Origin: Tubulanus polymorphus
Lineage: Eukaryota > Animalia > Nemertea
Length of the DNA: 64,000 nt
Assembly (NCBI RefSeq): GCF_964204645.1
Contig: NC_134025.1
Span: forward strand, 1,364,001 to 1,428,000
Direction: 5' to 3'
Below the pieces are notes generated by a model. It ran no database searches, had not been told where the DNA came from, and saw only the letters and a program-made list of their open reading frames with translations. The stretch's first letter is position 1. Every line of letters begins with the position of its first letter. Both the position numbers and the translations under genes were made by a program. This document shows, one piece after another, positions 44,101-56,188 of the stretch.

Positions 44101-46779
44101 ACTAAGAAAGTATGACGCTGGTAGTATGCTGGTTGGTGCCACCAATTTTAGCCCGTTTGATTTCATTATTCCACCGCGACAAGAGCGTTTCCTTCTGCGT
44201 GCGTTTTGTACGGATCAATGTTTGAACGCGGTAAGCTTTTTTACGTGTATCGTCTTTTTTGAGGTCGAAATTTCTAAAAAAGCAAAAACTGACAACTATC
44301 ATTTACCGGTATCTAGATTTAGATGTATAGAAAATCACACGCTAAGAATCAAGAAAAGAGTTCAAAATGTTTCCTTGAGTTTATTGTTTATTCGATGTTT
44401 CCACTTTATCCTAATATTAATCTATCTTCAGGAATACTATTAAGATGAACTAGGTCAAGGATTCAGACGTTATTCTTCGTTACTATTGTTTAATATGTCA
44501 CAACACATAGTGTTTTATCAATGGTTAATCTGATTTTGGTGTTTTTATGTTGAAATTCTAAAGGCTTTCGATATTTTGGGGAATGGCACCAAAGAAATCC
44601 AAGTATTTTCCGTTAACGGCCATGCACATCTGGCTTCAAAAGGTGTGCGCCTTCGTCACTTCCGGAACGGGATAGAACTGCCGTGGATACTGAACGACAT
44701 GACTTTCGATTTTAATTTTCAAAGTTTCCGACCAAAAAAGAAATTTGTGACTGTGAAGAAGGTATGACTTTCCTTCTGGTGGAAATTATCCATAGGTCAT
44801 CGTTGATCGGGTTAATGTACGGGATTTGTATTTTCTGTTTAAGGGAGATGTATTAGCGAGTGAATGTTACTACAATACTCTGGATAGAAATAATGTAACA
44901 CTTGTAAGTCAACGATCAAAATCATTTTCAATCGTAATTATCAGTAGACCCCGTGTCACCAGTTATCCCGCTAGATGGCGTGCGCGTCAATAGGACAACT
45001 CCCTCGATCCGACATAAAACATCAGGCAAATCGTGTAGGTTGTTAAATTCAGGTTATTTATTAGAGCTCAGTTAGGTATAGTGCAAATCGATTCATAGAA
45101 TTGGAGAAAATATGGATAGATTTTGAGAAATCTGGGACTCGTCTGAATGCACACCAGCCCCCTGGTGGATCCTCGCTTACCACAGTCAGAAGTAGAGTCT
45201 CCATTGTGAAATGTGAATTGTAATCTCTACGATAGATTTTAGTCATTTGTATTAGAATTATATGCATTTCATAACTTTGCATTTTGCTTTTTTTTCAGAG
45301 TGGTTACACGAGTCAGGATGAAATGTGTGTAAATGCTGTTATGTATTTCCCCGAGCTTCCATTATCTTTGTGCTTTACAGATCCAAAACCCAAAGCTGAC
45401 CCCGTTTGGGTTAACTCGAACATAATGGGGTAAATAATGCTTATTACAATCATGGCGTTATTTCACCACCCGTGATTCACCCAGGAACAGTTAATTGTCC
45501 TATAAATTTTATCTATAAATGCTAATATATTCTAATCCCGTGATTACAACAATTCGCACTCCATTATCCACATAATATTCGATGAATCGCATAAGAAAGC
45601 ATGATATTAAGCCTTAGATGTATATAATACGGGGTACTTTCGGCAGAGCCGCGGTGTAGATCGGCCTTGCGACCGCCAGTGACTCGTGACGCGGTCTCTG
45701 AGACCTTGCGTATCGGCGATACCAGTCGCGTTCTACTTTCTGCGACACGCGTCTCTGCTTTGTCGCAACCGACCTACGCGGCTGCTCTTACCCTTGGTCC
45801 CCAGACTCAAAATGTCTCTTCGTATTTAGATGGTGCGGATAAACGACTGCAAATTTCTGTGGTCCATTTCAGAAAGTTAAGAACGAATCGGAACGAGTCC
45901 CTGCTGAGTCTATCAAAACGAAATAAATCTGAACTGCTGCGTACATTAAACCGAAATGATACGTGGGAAAACGGATATGATGCTTCATTTCAACGTTACA
46001 TTCTAACAGCTGATCAAAAGCAATATTGTGTCTACCAAAGCAAACCCATTGTAAGATCAACAGTCAGTATATGTATAGGGAGATTGTGTGTGGGCGCGTG
46101 AGACCCCCGTGTCGATTTTCAGATATTGAAGTTGAATTCGCGCAATTTTTTTAAACTGGGCCGTTCCGAAAATATTCTATCTGTTTAAATCTCTAATATC
46201 GAATGCTTGTTCCGTTAGGTAACCACGTAGGCCTTCACGAAGCTAATCTATGTTTCAATTGCTGCCTTATCCTTTTGGTAGATTATACATCCGCTAGATC
46301 TTCTCGTCGTCTTTGAAAAATATTTTTTGTTTTGCCCGAAAACAAAAAACGTTTGAGCCAATTGATTGTATCGAATATTTTGCTACGAAACTTAAAAGAT
46401 GTTTTTCATGTCATGTTTGACGTCAATGTGGCTTAGAAAAAGCTTTCTACAAATCAGCGGCGCTTATTTCAACTTCATTGTTTTTCTTTTATAGATAAAG
46501 CCCATAGAATGGAATTACAGGATAATAGAAGAATACAAACCACCGACTAGAAATGTGTGTAAGATCACATCTTCAGATGACGTCATCTTCGAAACTACAC
46601 CGGAAGCTTCAAATTGGTCCAGCGCATTCCTCAGTAAAATCATTCTGATCGTCGTCGTTGTCATTGTTTTACTCGTTATTTTGTTTTTTACCAGAGAAAC
46701 AATATTCAAAACGATTTGCAATATTAAGAATCGACTGTGTAACAAATCGACTGCCTATAAAAGATTGGAAAACGTTTAG
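41157..46779 (+). CDS. MOXD1: DBH-like monooxygenase (MOXD1-like), copy A; signal peptide, DOMON, copper type II monooxygenase N and C domains, C-terminal TM helix; ~674 aa
   Basis: 12 exons: 41157-41462, 41805-41954, 42337-42516, 42591-42674, 43128-43304, 43709-43811, 44058-44230, 44564-44761, 44844-44903, 45299-45429, 45873-46050, 46495-46779 (2025 nt, open). DOMON motif GYVGFGLSRNGGMKGADIVIGWV; copper ligands VHHM, ETHFNNP, HAH, DEMC; FDFNFQ; hydrophobic IILIVVVVIVLLVILFF. Confidence 0.92.
45632..45793. mobile_element. GC-rich imperfect hairpin element in intron 10 of MOXD1-like copy A
   Basis: GGGTA..GCAGAGCCGCGGTGTAGATCGGCCTTGCGAC versus GTCGCAACCGACCTACGCGGCTGCTCTTACCC; only the left half is retained in copy B (~51969-52044). 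Confidence 0.5.
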
Positions 46780-47543
46780 TAAAATCATCTATTTGTACTT
46801 GTCGATGAATGAACATGTATCAAATCTTCAGTTTCTATCTAGTACTAAAATATGCATACATGCGTGAATGTGCATGAAAAAAAGCTTATACATTATCTAT
46901 ATATCTGTATGAAATTCGGCCACCAGATGAAATAAAAGATAAATATCAACGTAAACATAAATTTTTGAAATAATTTGTAAGCAATACGAACAGGCTTCCT
47001 TCTTACGCTTTTTAAAATTTCTTGGAGTACGGAACCGCATCTTAGAATTCTGCAAAACATTAAAGTGAAAAGAGTTTTGTTCATCATATTGTCAGTCCTT
47101 TCCTGCAGTCCTTCCGAAAAGAATTTAATGTGGAAAATACTCAAAATGAACGCTCAGTAGGTTGTCCCGGGTTCTAACCCCAGTGGTAACTGATTGAGTG
47201 TACCTGATAACGAATTTTAGATCGAAGCGGTCGTCCTAGGTTCGAACCCAGTAATTCTGATGCCGATTAACTGACTGATCCAGATGCTGAGTAGAGATGT
47301 CCAGAATGCATTGTAGTTGTTTTTAGAATTAATGCATTATTTATAACATCGTGTTGTTTTCATTGATAAATGAATAAAAATGAAGAGGTTGAAGATAATG
47401 AAACGGAAATATTCTCGAGGAATAGAACCTGCAGGGTCAATACGTGTGACAGTTTTGAGGTCAATTCATGGTGGTTGTTTATTAGTGTGTAATTGTTTCC
47501 TCGTCGGGAAGCGACTACTGAACGGAAACAGTCAGACAAGGTA

Positions 47544-47557
47544 CGCCCCCTAGTGGC
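47544..47557 (-). promoter_or_regulatory. CTCF-like motif upstream of MOXD1-like copy B
   Basis: GCCACTAGGGGGCG on the minus strand. Confidence 0.5.
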
Positions 47558-47803
47558 GCGCACGGTGCATGTCTGATGAGCCGGTGAAATCCAGTCACAC
47601 GATTAGTTTTTGATGATACAGCGATGTGAACATGATTCAATGCAGTTACGCGTGACGTACGATGAAAGATTGCTCGATGCTGACAACAGCTGTTTCACAA
47701 TGGTTCGTCAAAGACCCCCCACAACGTTTAAAAAACTCTGTCCTATTGCATAAAAATGCTGCCCTTCATTAAAACAGATATAGTCCGTGCGATACGTATC
47801 ACT

Positions 47804-50800
47804 ATGAAATACATATTAAGTATTTTTATATTATTTGGTGTTTTGTTGTTTTCATTGCGGGCGGCAGAGAATACTTCTAACTCTGGAAAAACGTCAGAAT
47901 TTCCATTACGAAAGTACCTTGACCCGGAGAAAAAATACCTCCTCGAATGGAAATACGAACAAACTGAGAGAAATGGCAGCGGTAAAGTTACATTTCGGGT
48001 GACGGTTCAAACTACGGGATATGTCGGTTTCGGGCTGTCCAGAAATGGTGGTATGAAAGGAGCGGATATTGTGATCGGTTGGGTTCACGACGGCAAAACG
48101 CAAATTTACGTAAGTTAATTTTTACTGTATTCAAATTCGTCAATCAGTCGCGAGTAGTCACTGCCTTACAACTTGTACTGATTCATATCAACCTCTGAAT
48201 ATTGCGAGTATCATTAAGGGTGATTTTTGAGAGCTGTCTCCAGCCAGTTTTCTTTGCAATCAAAAAAACGTCCTAAATCTGGCCGCGAGCAGGAAAATGC
48301 AGTAGCAGGGAAATTAAAGTTATTGTAAAATTATCTAGCAGGAAATTTGCGGGCTGGATATTGTTCGTGAACGTAAGATACGGTCGTGGCAAGCCGGGTG
48401 TCGGGTGCGAGCCCAGGCCTGTCAATATCAGTTACTCGTCTCCAGTTTCCGACATTCAATATCCTTACAGGACATGCACGGTGTTGGGAATTCAATACCT
48501 AAACTAGATAAAGTGACCAACTGGAAATTACTGAACGGTAAAGAAGAAAATGGATTTACACAACTGACGTTCTGCAGACATATCGATACTTGTGATAACG
48601 AAGGAGATCTCCCTATAGAGGTATAACATGCAGTATATAGAAAGTTCGTTTCTGATAATCAGCAATAGTTTATACGATGTATTTCTGAAATAGTGAATTT
48701 TACCCAAAAACGAAGGTATTCATAATTATTCGGTTGGTTTCATGGACTAAGCGGGTGTTATCGGGCTACCGCGATTCTCAATGGGTTTAGGCCCAATATG
48801 TGGATATTTGACGGAAGATTATTTTTTCAGTCCGGTGCTCAAACAATGATATATGCATATGGCGGCGATGTTGATCCTGTAGATGTGACGAAGGTTTTTT
48901 ATCACGGAGTTCAAAATCGAGGTGCAGCCTCTTCTTACCTACTAGACGATCCTCCACCGAGTATCCTACCTGAAACCGACATCAAAACATGGGATATCCC
49001 ACCCTCAAATGTATGTCCATTTACGTTCTTCTCCCCGACTTCGAACTGTCACGAAAATGTATCACTTTACTATTTTAATTACAGACAAAGATACCGGCGA
49101 CTCGTACCACTTATTTATGCAGTGTTGTCAAAATCAACCCACCTGGTGGTAAAAAGCATATTATAAAGGTGTAGTATAATAAATCAGCGAACAAATTATT
49201 TCTTTTTAATGCCCACTATTTGTTTTGACGATTGCACCTGAAAAATCTTATTTTCAAAATTCACTTGGGGAGAACCATCAGACAACCATTTTGGGCGCCT
49301 GTACGGTGGCATTTCGGGCCACAAACGCGGGTAAGTAAGTGACCTTAGTGGGGGCCACAGTGACTAACGAAACAGCCGTTGCACCAGTTCAAGTGGTAGT
49401 AGCTATCAGCTGTTATAACCGCTTAATGATATATCGATTAGGACGATATTTAAGATATGATTGTTAAAACGTGTATATATGATATGTTTGATACAGTTGC
49501 GTCAATCGGTAGCGTTTAGACCGTACCGTAAATATTTCATCGAGTTTGTCGCTCACGAGAATCTTTAAAAAAAGAAGGTTTCCAAATCAATATATATCGG
49601 ATGATTCATCGACTTACCGCGTGGAACCGATGAGAAAATTCACATTTTTAGTTTCGCGTTTTAGGTCGAGCAATTATTGAAACCGAGAACTGAAAAGTTT
49701 GTCCACCATATGACTTTGTGGCGATGTAAAAAAGGTGCTTTTACACCTCATGATCTGATTTCCGAGTATTGTATTACCCGCCCCTCCACCATTCACAATG
49801 AATGCGTCCAAGGTATAGCGTTTTTCGCCACGGGTACACGTGTAAGTAAACCACTCACAAAACCATAAAGATCGCAACAGATCACCTATAGCCAAGAGTT
49901 GTCAAGGACGGGTCCAACTCTCCAAAAGAGCAATTTCACATATGGATAAGACAAGACGATTTCGTGGTCATTGTTGAATGAGCTCAACAAGAGACCTTCA
50001 TCTAAAATCTGCCCCTAGCTGAAGTGCATTTAGTACAGACGAAAAAAGTCAGCCCTGGCTATAGGTCATCTTTCATGGTGGAGGCAGAGACCGTCAATTC
50101 ACGAACCTTATTTCCAATACCTCGGTATGACTACAATGATATTCTTTTTCGTTCAGTCGATTACCTTTCCCGAGGAAGCCGGGATATCACTTGGAGCTGC
50201 ATCAGATCCGATGTACTTTATGATAGAGACTCATTTTAACAATCCTGAAAAACGAAATGGTAATGATTCTATCAATAAATTGGCCATTTTCGGATGTGCT
50301 CGTCCGGATAAAGATTATACTTTCTCTTTCGATTGCAGCTTTTTTAGTTTCCGTCAATTCTCCCGTTTTTCTGTAACGGTTTCTGAAATATTCTACTGAG
50401 AAGAATATTCTGTAATCCGGAAGAGCACAATCAAAAAGGGCCTTAAAATTATCTTCATCCGTCGTTATCAGATCAGAGAAGATTTAAATAAATGTTTCAG
50501 ATTTAGTTGACGATTGCACTCTCCGCATCACTTATACATCTAAACTAAGAAAGTATGACGCTGGTAGTATGCTGGTTGGTGCCACCAATTTTAGCCCGTT
50601 TGATTTCATTATTCCACCGCGACAAGAGCGTTTCCTTCTGCGTGCGTTTTGTACGGATCAATGTTTGAACGCGGTAAGCTTTTTTACGTGTATCGTCTTT
50701 TTTGTGGTAAAAAAAACTGACCACTAGAAAATCCCACGCTAAGAACCGAGATTAAAGTCCGAAAAGTTTATTCGATGTTTTGACTTTACCCTCATATAGT

Positions 50801-52900
50801 CATCTGTCTCAAGGAATGATGAATTTGAAATGTGTAATAAACTATATTAGGTCAAAGAAACATTTCGGTCTTTATTTTTCGTTACTATGGTGGAATTTGC
50901 TGTGTGTCACAACACATATATAGTGTTTTATCAACGGTTATGATATCGATTTTTTCTAATTTTGAATCTTATAGGCTTTCAATAATTTGGGGAATGGCAC
51001 CAAAGAAATCCAAGTATTTGCCGTCAGTGGCCATGCACATCTGGCTTCAAGGGGTGTGCGCCTTCGTCACTTCCGGAACGGGATAGAACTGCCGTGGATA
51101 CTGAACGACATGACTTACGACTTCAATGCTCAAAGTTTTCGACCAAAAAAGAAATTTGTGACTGTGAAGAAGGTATGACTTTCCTTCTGGTGGAAATTAT
51201 CCATAGGTCATCGTTGATCGGGTTTATGTACGGGATTTGTATTTTCTGTTTAAGGGAGATGTATTAGCGAGTGAATGTTACTACAATACTCTGGATAGAA
51301 ATAATGTAACACTTGTAAGTCAACGATCAAAATCATTTTCAATCGTAATTATCAGTAGACCCCGTGTCACCGGTTATCCCGCTAGATGGCGTGCGTATCA
51401 ATTGGATAACTCCCTCCGATATAACGTGTAGGTTGTTAAATTCAGGTTATTTATTAGAGCTCAGTCAGGTAAAGTGCAGATCGATCATTCATAGAATTGG
51501 AGAAAATATGGATATAGATTTTGAGAAATCTGCGATTCGTCTGAATGCACACCAGTGCCCCTGGTGGATCATCGCTTACCACAGTCAGAAGTAGAGTCTC
51601 CGATGTGAAATGTGGATTGTAATCTCTGCGATAGATTTTAATGATTTGTATAAGAATTATATGTATTTCATAATTTTGCTTTTTTCAGAGTGGTTACTCG
51701 AGTCAGGATGAAATGTGTGTAAATGCTGTTATGTATTTCCCCGAGCTTCCATTATCTTTGTGCTTGACAGATCCAAACCCCAAAGCTGACCCCGTTTGGG
51801 TTGACTCGAACATAATGGGGTAAATAATGCTTATAACAATCATTATAGCTCGTTAAAATGTTAGTATATTCTAATCCCGTGATTACAACATTCGCACTCC
51901 ATTATCCACATAATTTTCGATGAATCGCATAAGAAAGCATGATATTAAGCCTTAGATGTATATAATACGGGGTACTTTCGGCAGAGCCGCGGTGTCGATC
52001 GGCCTTGCGACCGCCCAGTGACTCGTGACACGGTCTCTGAGACCAGGGAGGTAACTCCCTGCTGAGAATACAACACCCAGACTAACCAGACTAACGTTGA
52101 CTGCAAATAGTCTTTTCGTTTGATGGTTCGGACATTATCTTTTTCAGAAAGTTTAGAACGAATCGGAACGAGTCCCTGCTGAGTTTATCATTACGAAATG
52201 TGACTGAACTGCTGCGTATATTAAACCGAAATGATACGTGGGAAAACGGATATGATGCTTCATTTCAACGTTACATTCTAACAGCTGATCAAAATCAACA
52301 TTGTGCCTACCAAGATATTGCAATTGTAAGATCAATAGTCTATATAAATGTATAGGGAGTTTGTATGGGCGTGAGACCCCCGTGTCGATTTTCAGATATT
52401 AAAGTTGAATTCGCACATCATTTTTGAAACTGGGCCGATCCGACTCTGATATCAGATATGTATATTCCGCTATAGGTTTTTAGTTAACTCCGTAGGCCTA
52501 CAGGAAGCTCATTCACGTATATAACAATTGACTTTTTCCCATCTTCGAAAATAACTTTATATGAAACATGTTATAATCGGTGGCGCTTATTCAACTCCAT
52601 TGGTTCTTATAGATAAAGCCCAAAAAATGGAATTACAGGATAATAAAGGAGGAATACAAACCACCGACTAGAAATGTGTGTAAGATCACATCTTCAGATG
52701 ACGTCATCTTCGAAACTACACCGGAAGCTTCAAATTGGTCCAGCGCATTCCTCAGTAAAATCATTCTGATCGTCGTCGTTGTCATTGTTTTACTCGTTAT
52801 TTTGTTTTTTACCAGAGAAAAAATATTCAAAACGATTTGCAATATTAAGAATCGACTGTGTAACAAATCGACTGCCTATAAAAGATTGGAAAACGTTTAG
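47804..52900 (+). CDS. MOXD1: DBH-like monooxygenase (MOXD1-like), copy B; tandem paralog, ~675 aa
   Basis: 12 exons: 47804-48109, 48471-48620, 48831-49010, 49085-49168, 49665-49841, 50157-50259, 50501-50673, 50975-51172, 51255-51314, 51689-51819, 52148-52325, 52613-52900 (2028 nt, open); same ligands VHHM, H, HAH, EMC. An in-frame upstream ATG exists at 47756. Confidence 0.92.
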
Positions 52901-53167
52901 TAAAATCATCTATTTGTACTTGTCGATGAATGAACATGTATCAAATCTTCAGTTTCTATCTAGTACTAAAACATACATACATGCGTGAATGTGTATGAAA
53001 AAGATTGGAAAACGTAAACTACTTCATAGAGATTCATGTATATTTCTATTATCATCAGGTTATAACCAAGTTTAGACAAAGTCATGTATCGTATATATTT
53101 GAAGTGAATATCAATATATTGTGTGGTGGAGATAACACGGAGAATGTAGATCGTTGAGAGACATAGG

Positions 53168-54799
53168 TTATTCTTGACAGGCAATAATAAGAGGCGCCAG
53201 ATACTGACTGTGACGGATACCGAACGAGTAAGATGGCTCCATTGTTTTATGACTCCAAACCTGAAATTTAAGAAAAAACGACACAAAGATCGTAAGGCGT
53301 CTTTACACTTAATACACGCGGATCTTGAGGTCTTTCTACTATTTTAAACTGCATTAAACTGCAGTAATTATTATCAAATATCTAGTCCCCCACCTGACTC
53401 CAGTGGGTGTGACGTAGCTGTGATGGAGCTTTCCGTTGGAAAGTAAAGCGAACATAAGATCCAGATGATGTAAACGGCAAATTAGGGATGTTTTACCTTT
53501 TCAGGCGAATGAGCGCCGGGTCCTGGTTTCATGGTGGAATCGCCAGGCATCACGTGTCTACTTGTCATACTGTGGAGTGGTTGTTTTACTTTGTAGAGAT
53601 TAGGATCGACGGTGTTATAGGTTCCCGGTCCTGGCGTCTGCGTTGTGAAAAAAGTGAATGATTACTGAAGATGACCCTTATAATCAGCACCCATATTCAC
53701 AGTTCCGAGGGCTGATCTTGAAAGGGGGGAGGGGGTCTGTCCCTCTTCTTTGTCTAATTGATTTGAATTGATTGATGCTCATCGATGTTCCTAAAACCCA
53801 AACTTTCCGTCAAAAAAATTGTAACCCATGACCATCATTGTTCATTTTACTACGACAATCACAAATCATACTTTTAGTCAAATCATTGTAAATGAACCGT
53901 AGAGGCATATCCGGTGCACATGGGGCGGATTTGTTGCCTCAACTCGTGACCACTGATCAGACACGCGCGGTGTCTTTGTACTACGACTATCACAGATTGT
54001 TTATATGATTATTAGATAATCACCTTCTGTAAATCCTCGTGGAAACTGCCTGTAGTTTGACGACCGGTTAATGAATAACAAGGAGCTGATTTTTTCATAC
54101 TTTGCGGAGTTTTTCCAACCATTTGCGGCAAGCTGTAGTTATTGGGTGCTGAAGAAAATAGATATTTTTTTTACAATCTAAAATACCGGATGAGTTGAAT
54201 TTCAGACTAGCATTTTCAGCCAATATCAGCAAGCTGTAAATGCTGTGGGTGCATTTAGGCGTATTTTGTGCAAGCATAATTTCGGATGCTGAAACCAGAG
54301 TTAAATTTTACACGACATTTCAAACTGATTTGACCTCAGATAGAACTGGATCCTCAATCTCTATCATTGAGATGAATGTTTCGGTGATAGCCTACGTACC
54401 TGGAGATTGATCTGCCTTTCTACTCTTATGTCGGCATCCGAAGCTATGAATTGGATGATTACGGTATGCCGACGGTCCCGCTTTTTCCGGGGAGTAAGCG
54501 CCTGGTCCCGGTGTCTGGAAAGCTAAACAATCTCGAGGTCGACCGTACAGTGAATATTTCGGGGTGCCATCTCGTCCGTGCCTGTTCACCAGACTATCCG
54601 GCAGATAACACGGGCCCGGGCTGCAATCATCCAGAAACTTTCCATGTTTGATACCGAACGAATAAGCGGGAGCGATGAAATATCCACTTCGCGGATCGTG
54701 GCTTTTATTTCCTAGCATTTCTGGTACTTTGTAACACGGTCCAGGACTGCTGTACTCGGCGGCAATCGGTGCCCGGCGTATTGTGTAATTATAAACCAT
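53168..54799 (-). CDS. ODF3: Outer dense fiber protein 3 / SHIPPO-1 / CIMAP1 family (PGP-repeat ciliary/flagellar protein), ~252 aa
   Basis: Exons 54799-54400, 54148-54024, 53637-53497, 53260-53168 (759 nt). PIAAEYSSPGPCY, APAYSFG, repeated PGPG-x-Y motifs and C-terminal SFGIRHSQYLAPLI are typical of SHIPPO repeats. Confidence 0.92.
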
Positions 54800-55004
54800 A
54801 GTTAATATTCAGTTATGCTAAAAGTGAAATTAAATCAAATTATGCATCAAGCGTGGAACGATTTAAGACGATTTTTCAACATCTGACTTCTGACAATCCA
54901 TTTGTAATCTTCTGAACTTACCCCGATATCAGGAGACAAGAAGAGAAATCTATAGCTTGCAGAGTTGCTGCAAACGCGTTGATTCAACACGGCCCTGACA
55001 ACCG

Positions 55005-55095
55005 TCTCTGTGGTAACTAGAGACGTTCATTCCTTATTGGATCAAATGTATCCTCGTTACTATGACGTCAGAAGCTAGCTGATACATAGCAACCT
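55005..55095 (-). promoter_or_regulatory. Probable ODF3 proximal promoter (CRE, CCAAT, X-box-like sites)
   Basis: Perfect TGACGTCA at 55063-55070, ATTGG at 55036-55040, RFX-like GTAACTAGAGAC and CATAGCAAC; lies just 5' of a putative non-coding exon ending at a GT donor at 54921. Confidence 0.45.
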
Positions 55096-55879
55096 TAATA
55101 TCCTTTGAGCGGTGGCGGATCGAGGTCGCGAGGGGGTAATCGAGGGAGGGTGGAGGGACTTTGGAGGTGACAGTCGTGCGAGGGCGGAGAAGATTGTCTA
55201 GGATTAGAACTGCAACTGAGCTGATTGTGAATAATTGTGTACTGCAGTGCATCTGCCTAATATTCTTTTAAATTCCAATAAAGCAGATCATAGTAAGATT
55301 CCAAATTCAAGCCAAAAGTAAAATGGTCAGTGGTCTCCCACACAGGAGTCTCGTAACATCAAGCGGTTACCGAGAGGGTAGAGGATATTACTGATATCTT
55401 CCTCCACGAAATCATACTGTCACTCCTTATTGAAACAAAGCTCATTATTCCTCCATTCGACCTCTTGAGTCAGACTTCTCCTTCCCCTAAAAGTGATACT
55501 CCTTCAAACTCCAATTAAAAGACAAGAGAATCAAATTGAAGCAATTATCTAATTTACTTGTTACATCTTCTATGAAAAATTCGATAACTTCAATAAAACA
55601 TTTATATCAATAACTAAAATTAATTCATTTAAATGAATTCAATATATTTAAAAAATAAAACATTTAGTTTATTTATTTAGTAAAATGGACGGATGGAGGA
55701 TATCACTCAATAGACTATCACATGCACTTTCAAATTCAAAGAAAATCATCCATGTTTCAAAGCAATTTTAAAATCATTAATTTCATATAGAATTACACTG
55801 ATTCAACATTAAATGCACCGAAAGAAATAAAGCTTTCCTACGCAAAATAAAATCATCAAACTAACGTTTCATAGTTTAA

Positions 55880-56168
55880 CCCTTTCAGTGCGTCTACACC
55901 GCAGTGCAGTGTATAAATCAGTGATGGATTTTGCTAGTACACCGCATTGCGGTGTATTGATATAATTAGTAATTTGTAATTATCTCTATTGAAAAATGGC
56001 AGCAAGTGTCAAACATAGTGAAATACTAGTAACTAACGATACACCGCACTGCGGTGTAGACGCACAATAGTGGTATTCCCATTGTTCAACACACTAGGGT
56101 GGAATTTTTTTAGAATTTTCAAATTTTCTCCAGCACTATAGGGTATTAATTAGTCAGCACTGAAAGGG
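55880..56168. mobile_element. piggyBac-type MITE immediately 3' of the UBXN11 stop
   Basis: TTAA|CCCTTTCAGTGC ... GCACTGAAAGGG|TTAA; internal repeated palindromes TACACCGCANTGCGGTGTA. Confidence 0.88.
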
Positions 56169-56188
56169 TTAAGCGGTGATAACAAAAT

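Larger units (their letters stand above)
40170..53000 (+). repeat. Tandem segmental duplication (~6.7 kb and ~5.8 kb units) containing the two monooxygenase genes
   Basis: Upstream, exonic and many intronic segments align (e.g. 40230-40800 vs 47320-47557; 46495-46880 vs 52613-53000). Confidence 0.95.

Noticed and set aside
47565-47600. CTGATGAGCCGGTGAAATCCAGTC as a hammerhead
   Set aside because: Core words are present but stem I is only 3 bp and stems II and III are essentially absent.
47804-52900. Second monooxygenase as a pseudogene or simple assembly duplicate
   Set aside because: All 12 exons are open with intact splice sites and ligands, and exon 5 and several introns are strongly diverged; a haplotype artefact is unlikely though not formally excluded.
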